The notes under the pieces were generated by a model that saw only the letters and a program-made list of their open reading frames with translations, was not told the origin of the DNA and did no database searches. From Nitrospinaceae bacterium (lineage in GTDB: Bacteria; Nitrospinota; Nitrospinia; Nitrospinales; VA-1), in contig JBHHVU010000007.1 of the NCBI GenBank assembly GCA_046754465.1, forward strand, positions 32,951-96,950: a stretch of DNA of 64,000 bases. The letters are read 5' to 3'. Shown in pieces: positions 9,685 to 20,600 of this stretch. Numbering within the stretch: the first letter of the stretch is position 1; each line of letters starts with the position of its first letter. A program made the translations under genes and the position numbers.

Positions 9685-12600
9685 ATGTTAGCTCGTGTCA
9701 AAAAGGGGTGGAAGTGTTGGCACGCGTTTGTCGTTCTGGCCATGTGCCTGGGTCTGACGGTTTCGGCAAGCGCAGAGGTGAATGTCAGTCAAAAAGGGGA
9801 AGTATCCAAGGCCGAGGATCATCCGGCCTGGCTTGACAAGCTGGAAAATCAGATCAATTACGAAGAGATGATGAGTGGTATGGAAGGCCGTCAGGATCGG
9901 ATGAACCGAACCTTCGGGTCGATGATGGATCAATTGAAGGAAAAGATCCAGGAGCATGCGGCTCCGGCGTCTTCCGGTGGAGGATTCCACGATTCCTGGG
10001 CGGCGCATCAACTGGGCCAGAGCTATCTGTTGGGTCCATCCGAAGCGGCGGCCAAGGTCTACAAGGGCGCTCATTGCCCCAGTTCCGTTCCCGTCAAATC
10101 TTACGACGTGACCGCGATCAACGTGGAAATCACCCTGAACCAGTGGGGTGACTATTTCCCAGGGTATATGTACGTTTTGACGAAGGACTTGAAGAAGGTC
10201 CGGGATGAAGAAGAAAGGAACGCCAAGGCGAGAGGGGACGAACTGGACCCCGGCGCGGTGACGACGGGACTTCAGGGTGATGCGATTCAACCTTTGGTGT
10301 TGCGTGCCAACCAGGGGGATTGCGTTCGGATCAAGGTAAGAAACCAGGTGGAGGATGAGGATGTCGGCTTCCAGGTGAACGGATCGGCGATGATCATAAG
10401 TTCGTCCGGCCTTCCAGACACCGCCGCATCACCCGGCGCCATTATCGCATCGGGCGAATCCCAGGATTTTGAATGGTACATTCCGATCGACGAGCAGGAA
10501 GGAAGCCATACGATTCAGAGCCATGCGGGCCGCGACCCGTCGGCGTTGGGTCTCGTCGGAGCCTTCATCGTCGAGCCGCGAGGGTCGAAATACCTGGACC
10601 CCTGGACCGGGGGGCCAGCGGATAGCGGCTGGATGGTGATGATCGCCAACGGCGACGCCAAGGATTTCCGCGAGTTCGTCCTGTTCTATCATGAAGTGGG
10701 CGACGAATCGTTCCGTCCGTTGAACCGTTACGGGGCGATGATCCCCCAGCGCGATCCGCAGACGGACGCCTACCGGCCTTCGGCGAGGGCTCTGAACTAC
10801 CGCAGCGAGCCTTTCGGGATCAACAACCTGGCGGTTCAGGAAAAGATGTTCCATTTCGAAGACGAATCGCTGGCCTATAGTTCTTACACCATGGGAGATA
10901 TTCCCACCACGCTTCCCCGTTCGTACCTTGGGGATCCCGCCAAATTCCGCCTGATCCACGGCGGGGGCGAGGTCTTTCATTCCCATCACCCGCATGGCGG
11001 AACGATCCGCTGGACCCGTTCGCCGCAACGGGAGCCGGGTTTGAAAAACCTGACCACAGCCGCCTGGGACGGACCGGTCAAGTACCCCGTGGTGCGGACG
11101 ACGACCGACCGGGTGGACGTGGAAGTGATCGGCGCCTCCGAGGCGCTGGACCTGGAGACGGAATGCGGCTCCGGTTTGTGTCAGCGGCTGGCGGGCGATT
11201 TCCTGTTCCATTGCCACGTGGCGCATCATTACGTGGCCGGAATGTGGGGTTACTGGCGTGTGTACAATACCCTGCAGGACGGAAATTATCCCTTCGGCAG
11301 TACCGACGTGATGCGGCCGTTGCAGGAGCTTCCCGACCGGAAGGGACGGATCCCGCATGGCGTGAGTTCGGACAAGCTGGTCGGCAAGACGATGGACTGG
11401 TTCGGCAAGAAGTTCAATGTCGTCGGCAAGGGGAAAAGCGACTGGAGCAAGGAAGCCCCGGTGGTCAACATCCATGACTGGGTGAAGTACATGCTTCCCC
11501 CTCAAGGGAAACCCGGCCATACCGATGACGAAAAGGGTCAAATCCTGTCGTATGACGGTTCCGTTTGGGATTACGATTGGAAAGGCAACACGGCGCTTTC
11601 GGAACGCGAAGCCACCTATAAGGTCGTCAAATACATATCGCCGCGTCCCGGAAAACGGCATCCCATCCAGTTTTCTCCCAAGACAGGAAAACTGGCGTGG
11701 CCTCACATGACGCCGCATTTCGGCAAGCGGGTTCCGTTCGCGCGTCACCATGGCGGCGCTCCCTGGCTGGAACCGTTCCATATGGCGACTCACACGGAGA
11801 ATCTTCCTTCCGAGTCGGGTAATGGAAACAGCGGTCCCAACGTGGAGAGCAGCGCTCCCGCGAAACCGGGCGAACAGGGACGCTGGAGCCTTTGTCCGGG
11901 AGGCGCGGGAAGGAAACAGTATAACCTGCACTTCATCAACACGCCTATTGAGCTTTCCGGAGCCGTGGGCAAAACCAAGCCGGTCATCGACAAGTATGGC
12001 TTGATTTACGTGATCGATGAGGATATGGCCGCGGTGAAGGCCGACCCGAAGAAGGCGTATCCGCTGGTCATTCGTGCCAACGTGTACGATTGTGTGGATC
12101 TGCTTTTGACCAGCGAATGGAACGACGACGACTTTACCAATTTCCAGATGTCGAAAGTCAACATCCATCCGCATTTCTTCCAGTTCGACAACCAGGCGTC
12201 CGACGGCGTGATCTCCGGATTCTCTTACGATCAGTCGATGAGATCCTACAAGCAGTTCACCAAGAAGATGAAGGACGGACACCATGTGGGCATGCCCGTT
12301 CCGATGAACGCCAAGTTGTTGAAACCGGTGAAAGCCGGCGCGAAAACCATCGAGATTCAGATGGCGAAAGGCGCGACTCCTTTCCATGTGGGAACCGATA
12401 TCATTGTTGGCATCGAAGTTCCCAACAAGAAGGACGCGCGCTGGATCCAGTCGATGAGTCCCGATCCAGATAAAAAACCCGCCAAGGACGGGAAGTACAA
12501 AATTACCTTTACCCAAGGCGTGTCGCACAGCCACAAGAAAGGTGAAATTGTGACCACCGAATATGTTCGCTACCGATGGTGGGTGGATGCCGATGTCGGA

Positions 12601-14598
12601 CTCGTTTTCTGGCACGACCACGCGTTCGGCGCGACCACCTGGCCACACGGTGGAATCGGGTCGACCATCGTGGAACCGTGGGGGTCGACGTATCATGATC
12701 CCAAGACGGGCAAACTCATCCGCAGCGGTCCGGTGGCGGACATTCACGGCACCGAACCGTTTGCTTTTGGCCGGAACGGCAGTTTCCGCGAACTGGTGGC
12801 GCAGTTGCACGATACCGTGCCGCACACCTCTCAGTTGGTGGCCGCCGGCAATCCTCCGGGATTGTCCCGCAAGAACGCCATCGCGGCTGGGCAGTCGATT
12901 TCGTTCCAGATGCCGGACGATATGCTGGAAGTGGCGTTTCCTCACCTGAACGGCGGAACCCACACGACCGGCGGCGGGTTCAACTTCCGCGCCGCTTCGC
13001 TGTCAGCGAGGCTGTTGCACAATAAGGACGGCTCCAAGCTGTTCAGCAGTAAAGTGCACGGAGATCCCTCCACGCCCCTGCTGCGGGCGTATTTGGGAGA
13101 CAATATCATGTTCCGGGTTCTGCACGGCATGATGAACGAGACCCACACTTTCGTGGTATCGGGTCACGGATATCGGCCGGAACGGTACGACCGGGATTCC
13201 CGGGTGACCAATACCATCCATATCGGTATCGCCGAACGTTACGATCTGGCGACCACCGCCGGGGGGTATCAGCAGATGGCGGGTGATTACCTTTATTACG
13301 ATGGACGAACCTCGCATTTTTCTGAGGGTAGTTGGGGAATCATTCGGGTTCATGACAAGTTGCAGAAGGACCTGAAACCTCTGCCGGGCCATGAGAACAT
13401 TCCGAAATCACGGAAGACTCTTTGTCCGAAAGGCGCGCCGGTGAAGAACTTCAGCGTGGTGGCCATCAACAAGGCGCTGAAATTCAATCCGCACACCGAG
13501 GATGAGATCGAAGTGGATTTCGAAAGAAAGCTCATTTTGGCCAATCCGGAAGGAAAGATCTTCGCCCTGGAGGGCGAGGTGGCCAAAGCGGCGGACGATG
13601 GTCACATGCCGCATCCGTTGACCCTTCGGGCGAATGTCGGCGATTGCATCAAGATCAAGCTGACCAACCGTCTGAAGGAAGGGAAAGTTTCCCTGCACGC
13701 GAACAACATCGCGTTCGATCCCATGGATTCCCAGGGGATCAATGTGGGCAACAATCCCGGCGACCAGACGGTGGCCCCCGGCAAATCCAAAGTCTATAAC
13801 TTCTACGCGCATCCGGATTACAATATCAACGCCGCGTTGATTTGGGACTTTGGCAACCTGACCCAGAATGTCCGCGATGGTCTGTTCGGCGCGATCATTA
13901 TCGGTCCGCGCGGTTCCGTGTACCGGGATCCCGAAACGGGGAAAGACATCTCCATGGGGAATTCCTGGAAAGCGGACGTGATCATTGACAAGTCGTATCC
14001 AGAGAACGCGCATCTTTCGAACTACCGGGATTATGCGCTGTATTTTCAGGACGAGGACAACATTTTGGGGACGTCGTTCATGCCTTACCTGCAGAACGTG
14101 GCGGGGTTGACGGGCGTGAACTACCGGTTGGAGCCCTGGAGTTACCGCGAGGACGAGGGATGTGAGCTTGGGAACATGTTCACGCCCTGCGTGGCGGCGG
14201 AATCCGATCCGGCGACGCCGGTGCTGAAGGCGCATGCGGGTGACCGTGTGATGATCAACGTCTTCGGGGCTCACAGCGAGCAAAACCAGATGTTCAATCT
14301 GGACGGTCACCAGTGGAGGCGCCATTTGAATCAGGAGAATTCGGATATGATCGACGTCGAGGAATTTGGCGGCGGAGAATATATCCAGGCGTTTTTCACG
14401 GCGGGTGGCACGTACCAAAACCCCGGAACCTACCTGTGGCTGAACGCGAGGACGCCCTATCAGCAGGCAGGGCAATGGGGTTATTTCAAGGTGCTGCCTG
14501 CCGGAGACCGGTCGATTCTGCCTTTGAGCAACGTGACGCCCAAGGGTGTGAAATCCGCTTCCGGATCCAAGGATGAAAGGTTGTCGATGCACCAGTAG
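9685..14598 (+). CDS. Giant multicopper oxidase (MnxG-like), copy 1
   Basis: 1637 aa; Sec-type signal; Cu motifs HSHHPHG, FHCHVAHHYVAGM, NIHPH and FWHDH; repeated 'PLVLRANxGDC' cupredoxin-domain starts; GGGAGG RBS. Confidence 0.9.
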   Translation: MLARVKKGWKCWHAFVVLAMCLGLTVSASAEVNVSQKGEVSKAEDHPAWLDKLENQINYEEMMSGMEGRQDRMNRTFGSMMDQLKEKIQEHAAPASSGGGFHDSWAAHQLGQSYLLGPSEAAAKVYKGAHCPSSVPVKSYDVTAINVEITLNQWGDYFPGYMYVLTKDLKKVRDEEERNAKARGDELDPGAVTTGLQGDAIQPLVLRANQGDCVRIKVRNQVEDEDVGFQVNGSAMIISSSGLPDTAASPGAIIASGESQDFEWYIPIDEQEGSHTIQSHAGRDPSALGLVGAFIVEPRGSKYLDPWTGGPADSGWMVMIANGDAKDFREFVLFYHEVGDESFRPLNRYGAMIPQRDPQTDAYRPSARALNYRSEPFGINNLAVQEKMFHFEDESLAYSSYTMGDIPTTLPRSYLGDPAKFRLIHGGGEVFHSHHPHGGTIRWTRSPQREPGLKNLTTAAWDGPVKYPVVRTTTDRVDVEVIGASEALDLETECGSGLCQRLAGDFLFHCHVAHHYVAGMWGYWRVYNTLQDGNYPFGSTDVMRPLQELPDRKGRIPHGVSSDKLVGKTMDWFGKKFNVVGKGKSDWSKEAPVVNIHDWVKYMLPPQGKPGHTDDEKGQILSYDGSVWDYDWKGNTALSEREATYKVVKYISPRPGKRHPIQFSPKTGKLAWPHMTPHFGKRVPFARHHGGAPWLEPFHMATHTENLPSESGNGNSGPNVESSAPAKPGEQGRWSLCPGGAGRKQYNLHFINTPIELSGAVGKTKPVIDKYGLIYVIDEDMAAVKADPKKAYPLVIRANVYDCVDLLLTSEWNDDDFTNFQMSKVNIHPHFFQFDNQASDGVISGFSYDQSMRSYKQFTKKMKDGHHVGMPVPMNAKLLKPVKAGAKTIEIQMAKGATPFHVGTDIIVGIEVPNKKDARWIQSMSPDPDKKPAKDGKYKITFTQGVSHSHKKGEIVTTEYVRYRWWVDADVGLVFWHDHAFGATTWPHGGIGSTIVEPWGSTYHDPKTGKLIRSGPVADIHGTEPFAFGRNGSFRELVAQLHDTVPHTSQLVAAGNPPGLSRKNAIAAGQSISFQMPDDMLEVAFPHLNGGTHTTGGGFNFRAASLSARLLHNKDGSKLFSSKVHGDPSTPLLRAYLGDNIMFRVLHGMMNETHTFVVSGHGYRPERYDRDSRVTNTIHIGIAERYDLATTAGGYQQMAGDYLYYDGRTSHFSEGSWGIIRVHDKLQKDLKPLPGHENIPKSRKTLCPKGAPVKNFSVVAINKALKFNPHTEDEIEVDFERKLILANPEGKIFALEGEVAKAADDGHMPHPLTLRANVGDCIKIKLTNRLKEGKVSLHANNIAFDPMDSQGINVGNNPGDQTVAPGKSKVYNFYAHPDYNINAALIWDFGNLTQNVRDGLFGAIIIGPRGSVYRDPETGKDISMGNSWKADVIIDKSYPENAHLSNYRDYALYFQDEDNILGTSFMPYLQNVAGLTGVNYRLEPWSYREDEGCELGNMFTPCVAAESDPATPVLKAHAGDRVMINVFGAHSEQNQMFNLDGHQWRRHLNQENSDMIDVEEFGGGEYIQAFFTAGGTYQNPGTYLWLNARTPYQQAGQWGYFKVLPAGDRSILPLSNVTPKGVKSASGSKDERLSMHQ
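9817..14589 (+). repeat. Long direct repeat, unit 1 (partner 17767-22539)
   Basis: Co-linear with copy 2 at a constant 7,950-bp offset. Confidence 0.97.
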
Positions 14599-14621
14599 GC
14601 GCGATCGCCTGATATAAACTG

Positions 14622-14653
14622 AGGGGGCCTCGTCAACAGGCCCCCTTTTTTTT
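14622..14653 (+). terminator. Rho-independent terminator
   Basis: AGGGGGCCT-loop-AGGCCCCCT followed by a T-run. Confidence 0.85.
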
Positions 14654-14767
14654 AAAAGCCTTTGAGGATTCTGGATTAAATGATATAATCGCCGGCTAAA
14701 AATTCAAACAATCACTCAATGGTGGGTGTGGTGTAATTTTGTTCATAATAAGGAGGGATTCAAGGTT

Positions 14768-15586
14768 ATGAAAAGATTATGGTTAGGAGTATTTGTCTTC
14801 GTTATTTCGATGGTGTTGGCGGCTTCCAGCAGTTTCGCCAAAAAGGCCAAATATGTGGAAGGCGATGTCAGCAATGGGGGAACGATCAGTGGAGTTGTTA
14901 CCCTGAAGGGGAAACCGATGCCTCCCATCATGGAAGATCTTTCAAAGGGTAAGAATTTTGAATTTTGTAAGACCAATCCCGATACGGTGGATGGCCATAT
15001 CCGTCCCCGTTATAAAGTGGTGGTCAAGGATGGTAAATTAAAAAACACGGTCGTGTTTATTGAGAATATCGAAAAGGGCAAGGCTTGGCCCGCGCCTCCC
15101 ATTGCCAAATTCGACTTTAAAACCTGCGATATTTTTCCCAAGGTTGCCGCGGTCCGGAAAACTCCCAAGGGATTGAAGGAAGGCTTGGTCACCATTATCA
15201 ACGATGACCCGGAAATTCTTCATAATCCGCACGGATATTCCATTAAGGGAGCCAATCGAAAAACCCTGTTCAACAAACCTCTGCCGAGTCAAGGGTCCGT
15301 GGCGGACGTAACGAAATCCTTGAAGCGTTTCAAGAAGAAAAAAGATAAGCATTTCTTCCTGCAGTGCGACCAGCACAACTTCATGGAAGCGGATGCCAGG
15401 ATCGTCTGGAATCCTTATTATTCGATCAGCGGAGACGACGGTTCCTTCAAGATCGGTAATATTCCTCCGGGAAAATACAAAGTCACCGCATGGCATCCTT
15501 ATGTCGGTAAGGTCACCAAGGAAATCACCGTAGCCGGCGGAGCCGAGGCCAAGGCGGATTTTGAGCTGGTGTCCAAGGTCAAATAA
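14768..15586 (+). CDS. Secreted cupredoxin-like protein with carboxypeptidase-regulatory-like domain
   Basis: AGGAGG RBS; signal peptide; 'LHNPH...CDQHNFM' type-1-Cu-like ligand set; 'GSFKIGNIPPGKYKVTAWHP'. Confidence 0.8.
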   Translation: MKRLWLGVFVFVISMVLAASSSFAKKAKYVEGDVSNGGTISGVVTLKGKPMPPIMEDLSKGKNFEFCKTNPDTVDGHIRPRYKVVVKDGKLKNTVVFIENIEKGKAWPAPPIAKFDFKTCDIFPKVAAVRKTPKGLKEGLVTIINDDPEILHNPHGYSIKGANRKTLFNKPLPSQGSVADVTKSLKRFKKKKDKHFFLQCDQHNFMEADARIVWNPYYSISGDDGSFKIGNIPPGKYKVTAWHPYVGKVTKEITVAGGAEAKADFELVSKVK

Positions 15587-15610
15587 ATTTTAATATTTCG
15601 TTGATTCAAG

Positions 15611-15649
15611 CAGTACCGGGTAGCCTTTTGCCCGGTACTGTTTTTTTTT
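15611..15649 (+). terminator. Rho-independent terminator
   Basis: CAGTACCGGG...CCCGGTACTG followed by T9. Confidence 0.85.
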
Positions 15650-15746
15650 GCGGGCCGCTTAAGGGAGATTCATGGCGGCGGGAGGAAAAATAACACGAGG
15701 GGATAGCTGTTGCGGTGACTGAAAGGCGGCGCGGGGAACGAAAATT

Positions 15747-16238
15747 TCAGCCCATGGGTTTTATGGTGTAACGTTCCTTTAGGGATTGGATTCGTTCAAG
15801 ATGTTCCTGTTCCGCTTTTTCCAAAAGAAGCAGGAGGGTTTTGCTTTCGATGTTTTCACAGGCTTCCTGCATGAGGCCATAAAATTCGGCGGATACTCTT
15901 TCCGCTTCCTCGGCAAAGGCCAAGGCTTTTTGGATGCCCCTGAATTTTGGCAACTGCTCGAATATTTCTTCAAGACGGGGAAAGATGTCCGTTTGGTAAT
16001 GGGTGTCGAGTAGATTGCGGAGGCGGGTGTTTTTTTCCCAACCGTAGGGTTTGCTGCCCTTTTCCTCCAGAAGTTTTTTGAATTGAATTTCGTGCTTGGC
16101 TTCTTCCTGGGCCATGAGGACCACAAAATCCTTCACTTCCGGGTCTAGAATATGTTTGGCCAACTCCTGGTAGAAGACGCTAGCCTCCCGCTCGATTTTC
16201 GTCGACAGTGCAAGAAGCTCCTCATTTGAAATTTCCAT
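15747..16238 (-). CDS. Ferritin-like/rubrerythrin-family diiron protein without rubredoxin domain
   Basis: Two E...FY...ExxH halves: EREASVFY/EEAKHE and ERVSAEFY/EQEHLE. Confidence 0.85.
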   Translation of the reverse strand: MEISNEELLALSTKIEREASVFYQELAKHILDPEVKDFVVLMAQEEAKHEIQFKKLLEEKGSKPYGWEKNTRLRNLLDTHYQTDIFPRLEEIFEQLPKFRGIQKALAFAEEAERVSAEFYGLMQEACENIESKTLLLLLEKAEQEHLERIQSLKERYTIKPMG

Positions 16239-16689
16239 TTTACGGTCTCATGGTTGGGATGAATTAATAATTATGTTTAGATGATGGTTTGGGCAAATGG
16301 ATTTAAAAATATTATTCGCCCCGTCCTGAATTCATTCTTCCCCTCGGCCGGAGGAACCGAATCAAGGGAAGTCGACAGATTATTGCTAAAAAATTATTTT
16401 TCGGCAACCCTTCATTTCATTTTTTTAAAGACGGATCAAAAATATTGTTCCCCGCGAATTATTCGGAATGCGGATTCAATTCCAGGGTATTCATTAGCCC
16501 CTGTGAATTATAAAGTTAATAGCTTTTGGGGTATGATTCGGCTTGCCGGCTCGGCGGACCCATTCCCATAGTATTAAAAATTGAATTATATAACTTTAAA
16601 AGATATTAAATTTCTTATATTATTCCTTATTCGCCAGATAAATTTTTGATTTCAATTGGTTCTTGCAAAGAACGGAAGCAGGTTTGAAC

Positions 16690-17271
16690 ATGTTGGACCA
16701 ATTCCAGAAAAAACTGCGTGAAGGAGAGGATGCGGATTGTTTTAACGAACACTTGTATCCACATGCCAGGGTGATTCTGGGGTCGGCCTACCGACTTTGC
16801 CGCGACAAGGACCGCGCCGAAGACCTCGTTCAGGAAACCTTCTATTATGCCTTGAAAAACTTTCATCAGGTAAAGGATCGAAGCAAATGTAAATATTGGT
16901 TGTTTTCGATTCTTAGGAACCTTTTTCTGAAAGACACCGAAAAAAGAAAGAATCGAATCGAGATCGAATTTGATTCCGTGTGCGAAAGCCTTCATGATCA
17001 GAAAACGAGCCCGGAAGCGGATTTTTTCCAGAATGAAATCAATAAGAGCATCCGGGGTGCCTTGGACACCCTGGATGAGCGATTGAAATTTCCCATTATC
17101 CTGTTTTATTTTGAGGGCCGGTCGTACAAAGAAATTTCCGATGTTCTCGATATTCCCATGGGTACGGTGATGTCCCGGATTGCCCGGGCCAAGGTTTATC
17201 TGAAACGGGAATTGGTCCGCTCCGAAATCTTTCGGTCCAAAGTGGAGCAGTTTCCCGTAAAACCCGATTAG
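16690..17271 (+). CDS. ECF (sigma24-type) RNA polymerase sigma factor
   Basis: 'AEDLVQETF', 'WLFSILRN' and 'SYKEISDVLDIPMGTVMSRIARA'; alternative TTG start at 16663. Confidence 0.92.
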   Translation: MLDQFQKKLREGEDADCFNEHLYPHARVILGSAYRLCRDKDRAEDLVQETFYYALKNFHQVKDRSKCKYWLFSILRNLFLKDTEKRKNRIEIEFDSVCESLHDQKTSPEADFFQNEINKSIRGALDTLDERLKFPIILFYFEGRSYKEISDVLDIPMGTVMSRIARAKVYLKRELVRSEIFRSKVEQFPVKPD

Positions 17272-17631
17272 CGGTTCTAATAATTCCTTCCGAATTTTGC
17301 GGTATCCTCCAGGATTTTATTCTTCCTATCCTCCATTTCCAAATTTATCCCCTCCTTCATAAAAAAAGCTGATTTTTGGGAATATTTTTCCCGATTACGT
17401 ATCTTCCTAATGCTGTTTTATCAAAGGATTTAAATGGCCCCAGCTTACTGGCGCCCATTCCTAGGGATAAGAAGTTGATTAATTTTGGTTTATTGTTTTC
17501 CTTCCAGAAATGGGTTGGTGAGCTCTTCTGACCATGAGGGAAACATCCTGCCTGTTTACCCATCCATAGTGGAGTTTGGGTTTTTTTTTGCTGACGGAGT
17601 TTATGTTTATTAATTGTTGAGGAGGTAACTT

Positions 17632-20600
17632 ATGATGCGAGATTTATTTCCCAACCCCAAAGGGGGCCTGAGGGTGAGATTTTTTCTCATTCTCTTGATG
17701 GTTGGCCTAAGCGTTGGATCTGCCTTTGCCGGGAGCGCTCCCGTCAAGAAGCAGATGGCTTCGGGTGATCATCCGGCCTGGCTTGACAAGCTGGAAAATC
17801 AGATCAATTACGAAGAGATGATGAGTGGTATGGAAGGCCGTCAGGATCGGATGAACCGAACCTTCGGGTCGATGATGGATCAATTGAAGGAAAAGATCCA
17901 GGAGCATGCGGCTCCGGCGTCTTCCGGTGGAGGATTCCACGATTCCTGGGCGGCGCATCAACTGGGCCAGAGCTATCTGTTGGGTCCATCCGAAGCGGCG
18001 GCCAAGGTCTACAAGGGCGCTCATTGCCCCAGTTCCGTTCCCGTCAAATCTTACGACGTGTCTGCGATCAACGTGGAAATCACCCTGAACCAGTGGGGTG
18101 ACTATTTCCCGGGGTATATGTACGTTTTGACGAAGGACTTGAAGAAGGTCCGGGCCGAGGAGAAGAAGAACGCTAAAGCGAGAGAGAGCGATCTGGACCC
18201 TGGCGCGGTTTCCACGGGTTTTCAGGGTGACGCGATTCAGCCCATGGTGTTGCGTGCCAACCAGGGGGATTGTGTACGGTTCAAAGTCAGGAACCAGGTA
18301 GAGGACGAGGATGTCGGCTTCCAGGTGAACGGATCGGCGATGATCATCAGTTCGTCCGGTTTGCCGGCCACCGCGGCTTCTGCGGGGGCGATCATCAAAT
18401 CGGGTGAGTCCCAGGATTTTGAATGGTACATTCCGATCGATGAACAGGAAGGAAGCCATACGATTCAGAGCCACGCGGGGCGTGATCCGTCGGCATTGGG
18501 TCTTATCGGTGCTTTCATCGTTGAGCCCCGGGGGTCGACGTACCTGAGTCCCTGGACGGGAGGCCCGCTGGAAAACGGCTGGATGGCGATGATCGCCAAC
18601 GGCGACGCCAAGGATTTCCGCGAGTTCGTCCTGTTCTATCATGAAGTGGGCGACGAATCGTTCCGGCCGTTGAACCGTCACGGGGAGATGATCCCCCAGC
18701 GGGATCCGCTTACGGATGCCTATCGTCCCTCGGCGCGCGCCATGAATTACCGGAGCGAGCCTTTCGGGATCAACAACCTGGCGGTTCAGGAAAAAATGTT
18801 CCATTTCGAGGACGAATCGTTGTCTTACAGTTCTTATACCTTTGCGGACGTCCCCACCACTATTCCCCGATCATATCTGGGCGATCCGGCGAAGTTTCGC
18901 CTGATTCACGGTGGTGGCGAGGTCTTTCATTCCCATCATCCGCATGGCGGATCGATCCGCTGGACCCGTTCGCCCAAGCGCGAGCCAGGAATCCAGAATA
19001 TGATCACTGCCGCCTATGACGGACCGGTCAAGTACCCCGTGGTGCGGACGACGACCGACCGGGTGGACGTGGAAGTGATCGGCGCCTCCGAGGCGCTGGA
19101 CCTGGAGACGGAATGCGGCTCCGGTTTGTGTCAGCGGCTGGCGGGCGATTTCCTGTTCCATTGCCACGTGGCGCATCATTACGTGGCCGGAATGTGGGGT
19201 TACTGGCGTGTGTACAATACCCTGCAGGACGGAAATTATCCCTTCGGCAGTACCGACGTGATGCGGCCGTTGCAGGAGCTTCCCGACCGGAAGGGACGGA
19301 TCCCGCATGGCGTGAGTTCGGACAAGCTGGTCGGCAAGACGATGGACTGGTTCGGCAAGAAGTTCAATGTCGTCGGCAAGGGGAAAAGCGACTGGAGCAA
19401 GGAAGCCCCGGTGGTCAACATCCATGACTGGGTGAAGTACATGCTTCCCCCTCAAGGGAAACCCGGCCATACCGATGACGAAAAGGGTCAAATCCTGTCG
19501 TATGACGGTTCCGTTTGGGATTACGATTGGAAAGGCAACACGGCGCTTTCGGAACGCGAAGCCACCTATAAGGTCGTCAAATACATATCGCCGCGTCCCG
19601 GAAAACGGCATCCCATCCAGTTTTCTCCCAAGACAGGAAAACTGGCGTGGCCTCACATGACGCCGCATTTCGGCAAGCGGGTTCCGTTCGCGCGTCACCA
19701 TGGCGGCGCTCCCTGGCTGGAACCGTTCCATCTGGCGACGGACACAACGACTCTTCCGTCTGAGTCCGGTAGCGGAAGATCGGGATCTAATGTTGAGAAC
19801 AGTTCACCCGCGAAACCGGGTGAGCAGGGACGCTGGAGCCTTTGTCCGCGCGGCGCGGGAAGGAAGCAGTACAACCTGGTCTTCATCAACACGCCCATCG
19901 AGCTCTCCGGGGCCGTGGGCAAAACCAAGCCGGTCATCGACAAGTACGGTTTGATTTACGTGATCGACGAGGATATGGCGGCGGTGAAGGCCGACCCGAA
20001 GAAGGCGTATCCGCTGGTCATTCGTGCCAACGTGTACGATTGTGTGGATCTGCTTTTGACCAGCGAATGGAACGACGACGACTTTACCAATTTCCAGATG
20101 TCGAAAGTCAACATCCATCCGCATTTCTTCCAGTTCGACAACCAGGCGTCCGACGGCGTGATCTCCGGATTCTCTTACGATCAGTCGATGAGATCCTACA
20201 AGCAGTTCACCAAGAAGATGAAGGACGGACACCATGTGGGCATGCCCGTTCCGATGAACGCCAAGTTGTTGAAACCGGTGAAAGCCGGCGCGAAAACCAT
20301 CGAGATTCAGATGGCGAAAGGCGCGACTCCTTTCCATGTGGGAACCGATATCATTGTTGGCATCGAAGTTCCCAACAAGAAGGACGCGCGCTGGATCCAG
20401 TCGATGAGTCCCGATCCAGATAAAAAGCCCGCCAAGGACGGGAAGTACAAAATCACCTTTACCGAAGGCTTGGCGCACAGCCACAAGAAAGGCCAGATCG
20501 TGAGTGTGGAATTTGTACGTTACCGCTGGTGGGTGGATGTCGATATGGGTTTGGTGTTCTGGCACGACCACGCCTTTGGGGCAACCACCTGGCCGCATGG

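Noticed and set aside
10429..14592. Long minus-strand ORFs (844 aa, 394 aa and their counterparts in copy 2)
   Set aside because: Antisense shadows of codon-biased MCO genes; no motifs, and the 844-aa frame is broken in copy 2.
17272..17631. Riboswitch upstream of MCO copy 2
   Set aside because: I could not match any known aptamer consensus; an Rfam/Infernal scan would be needed.
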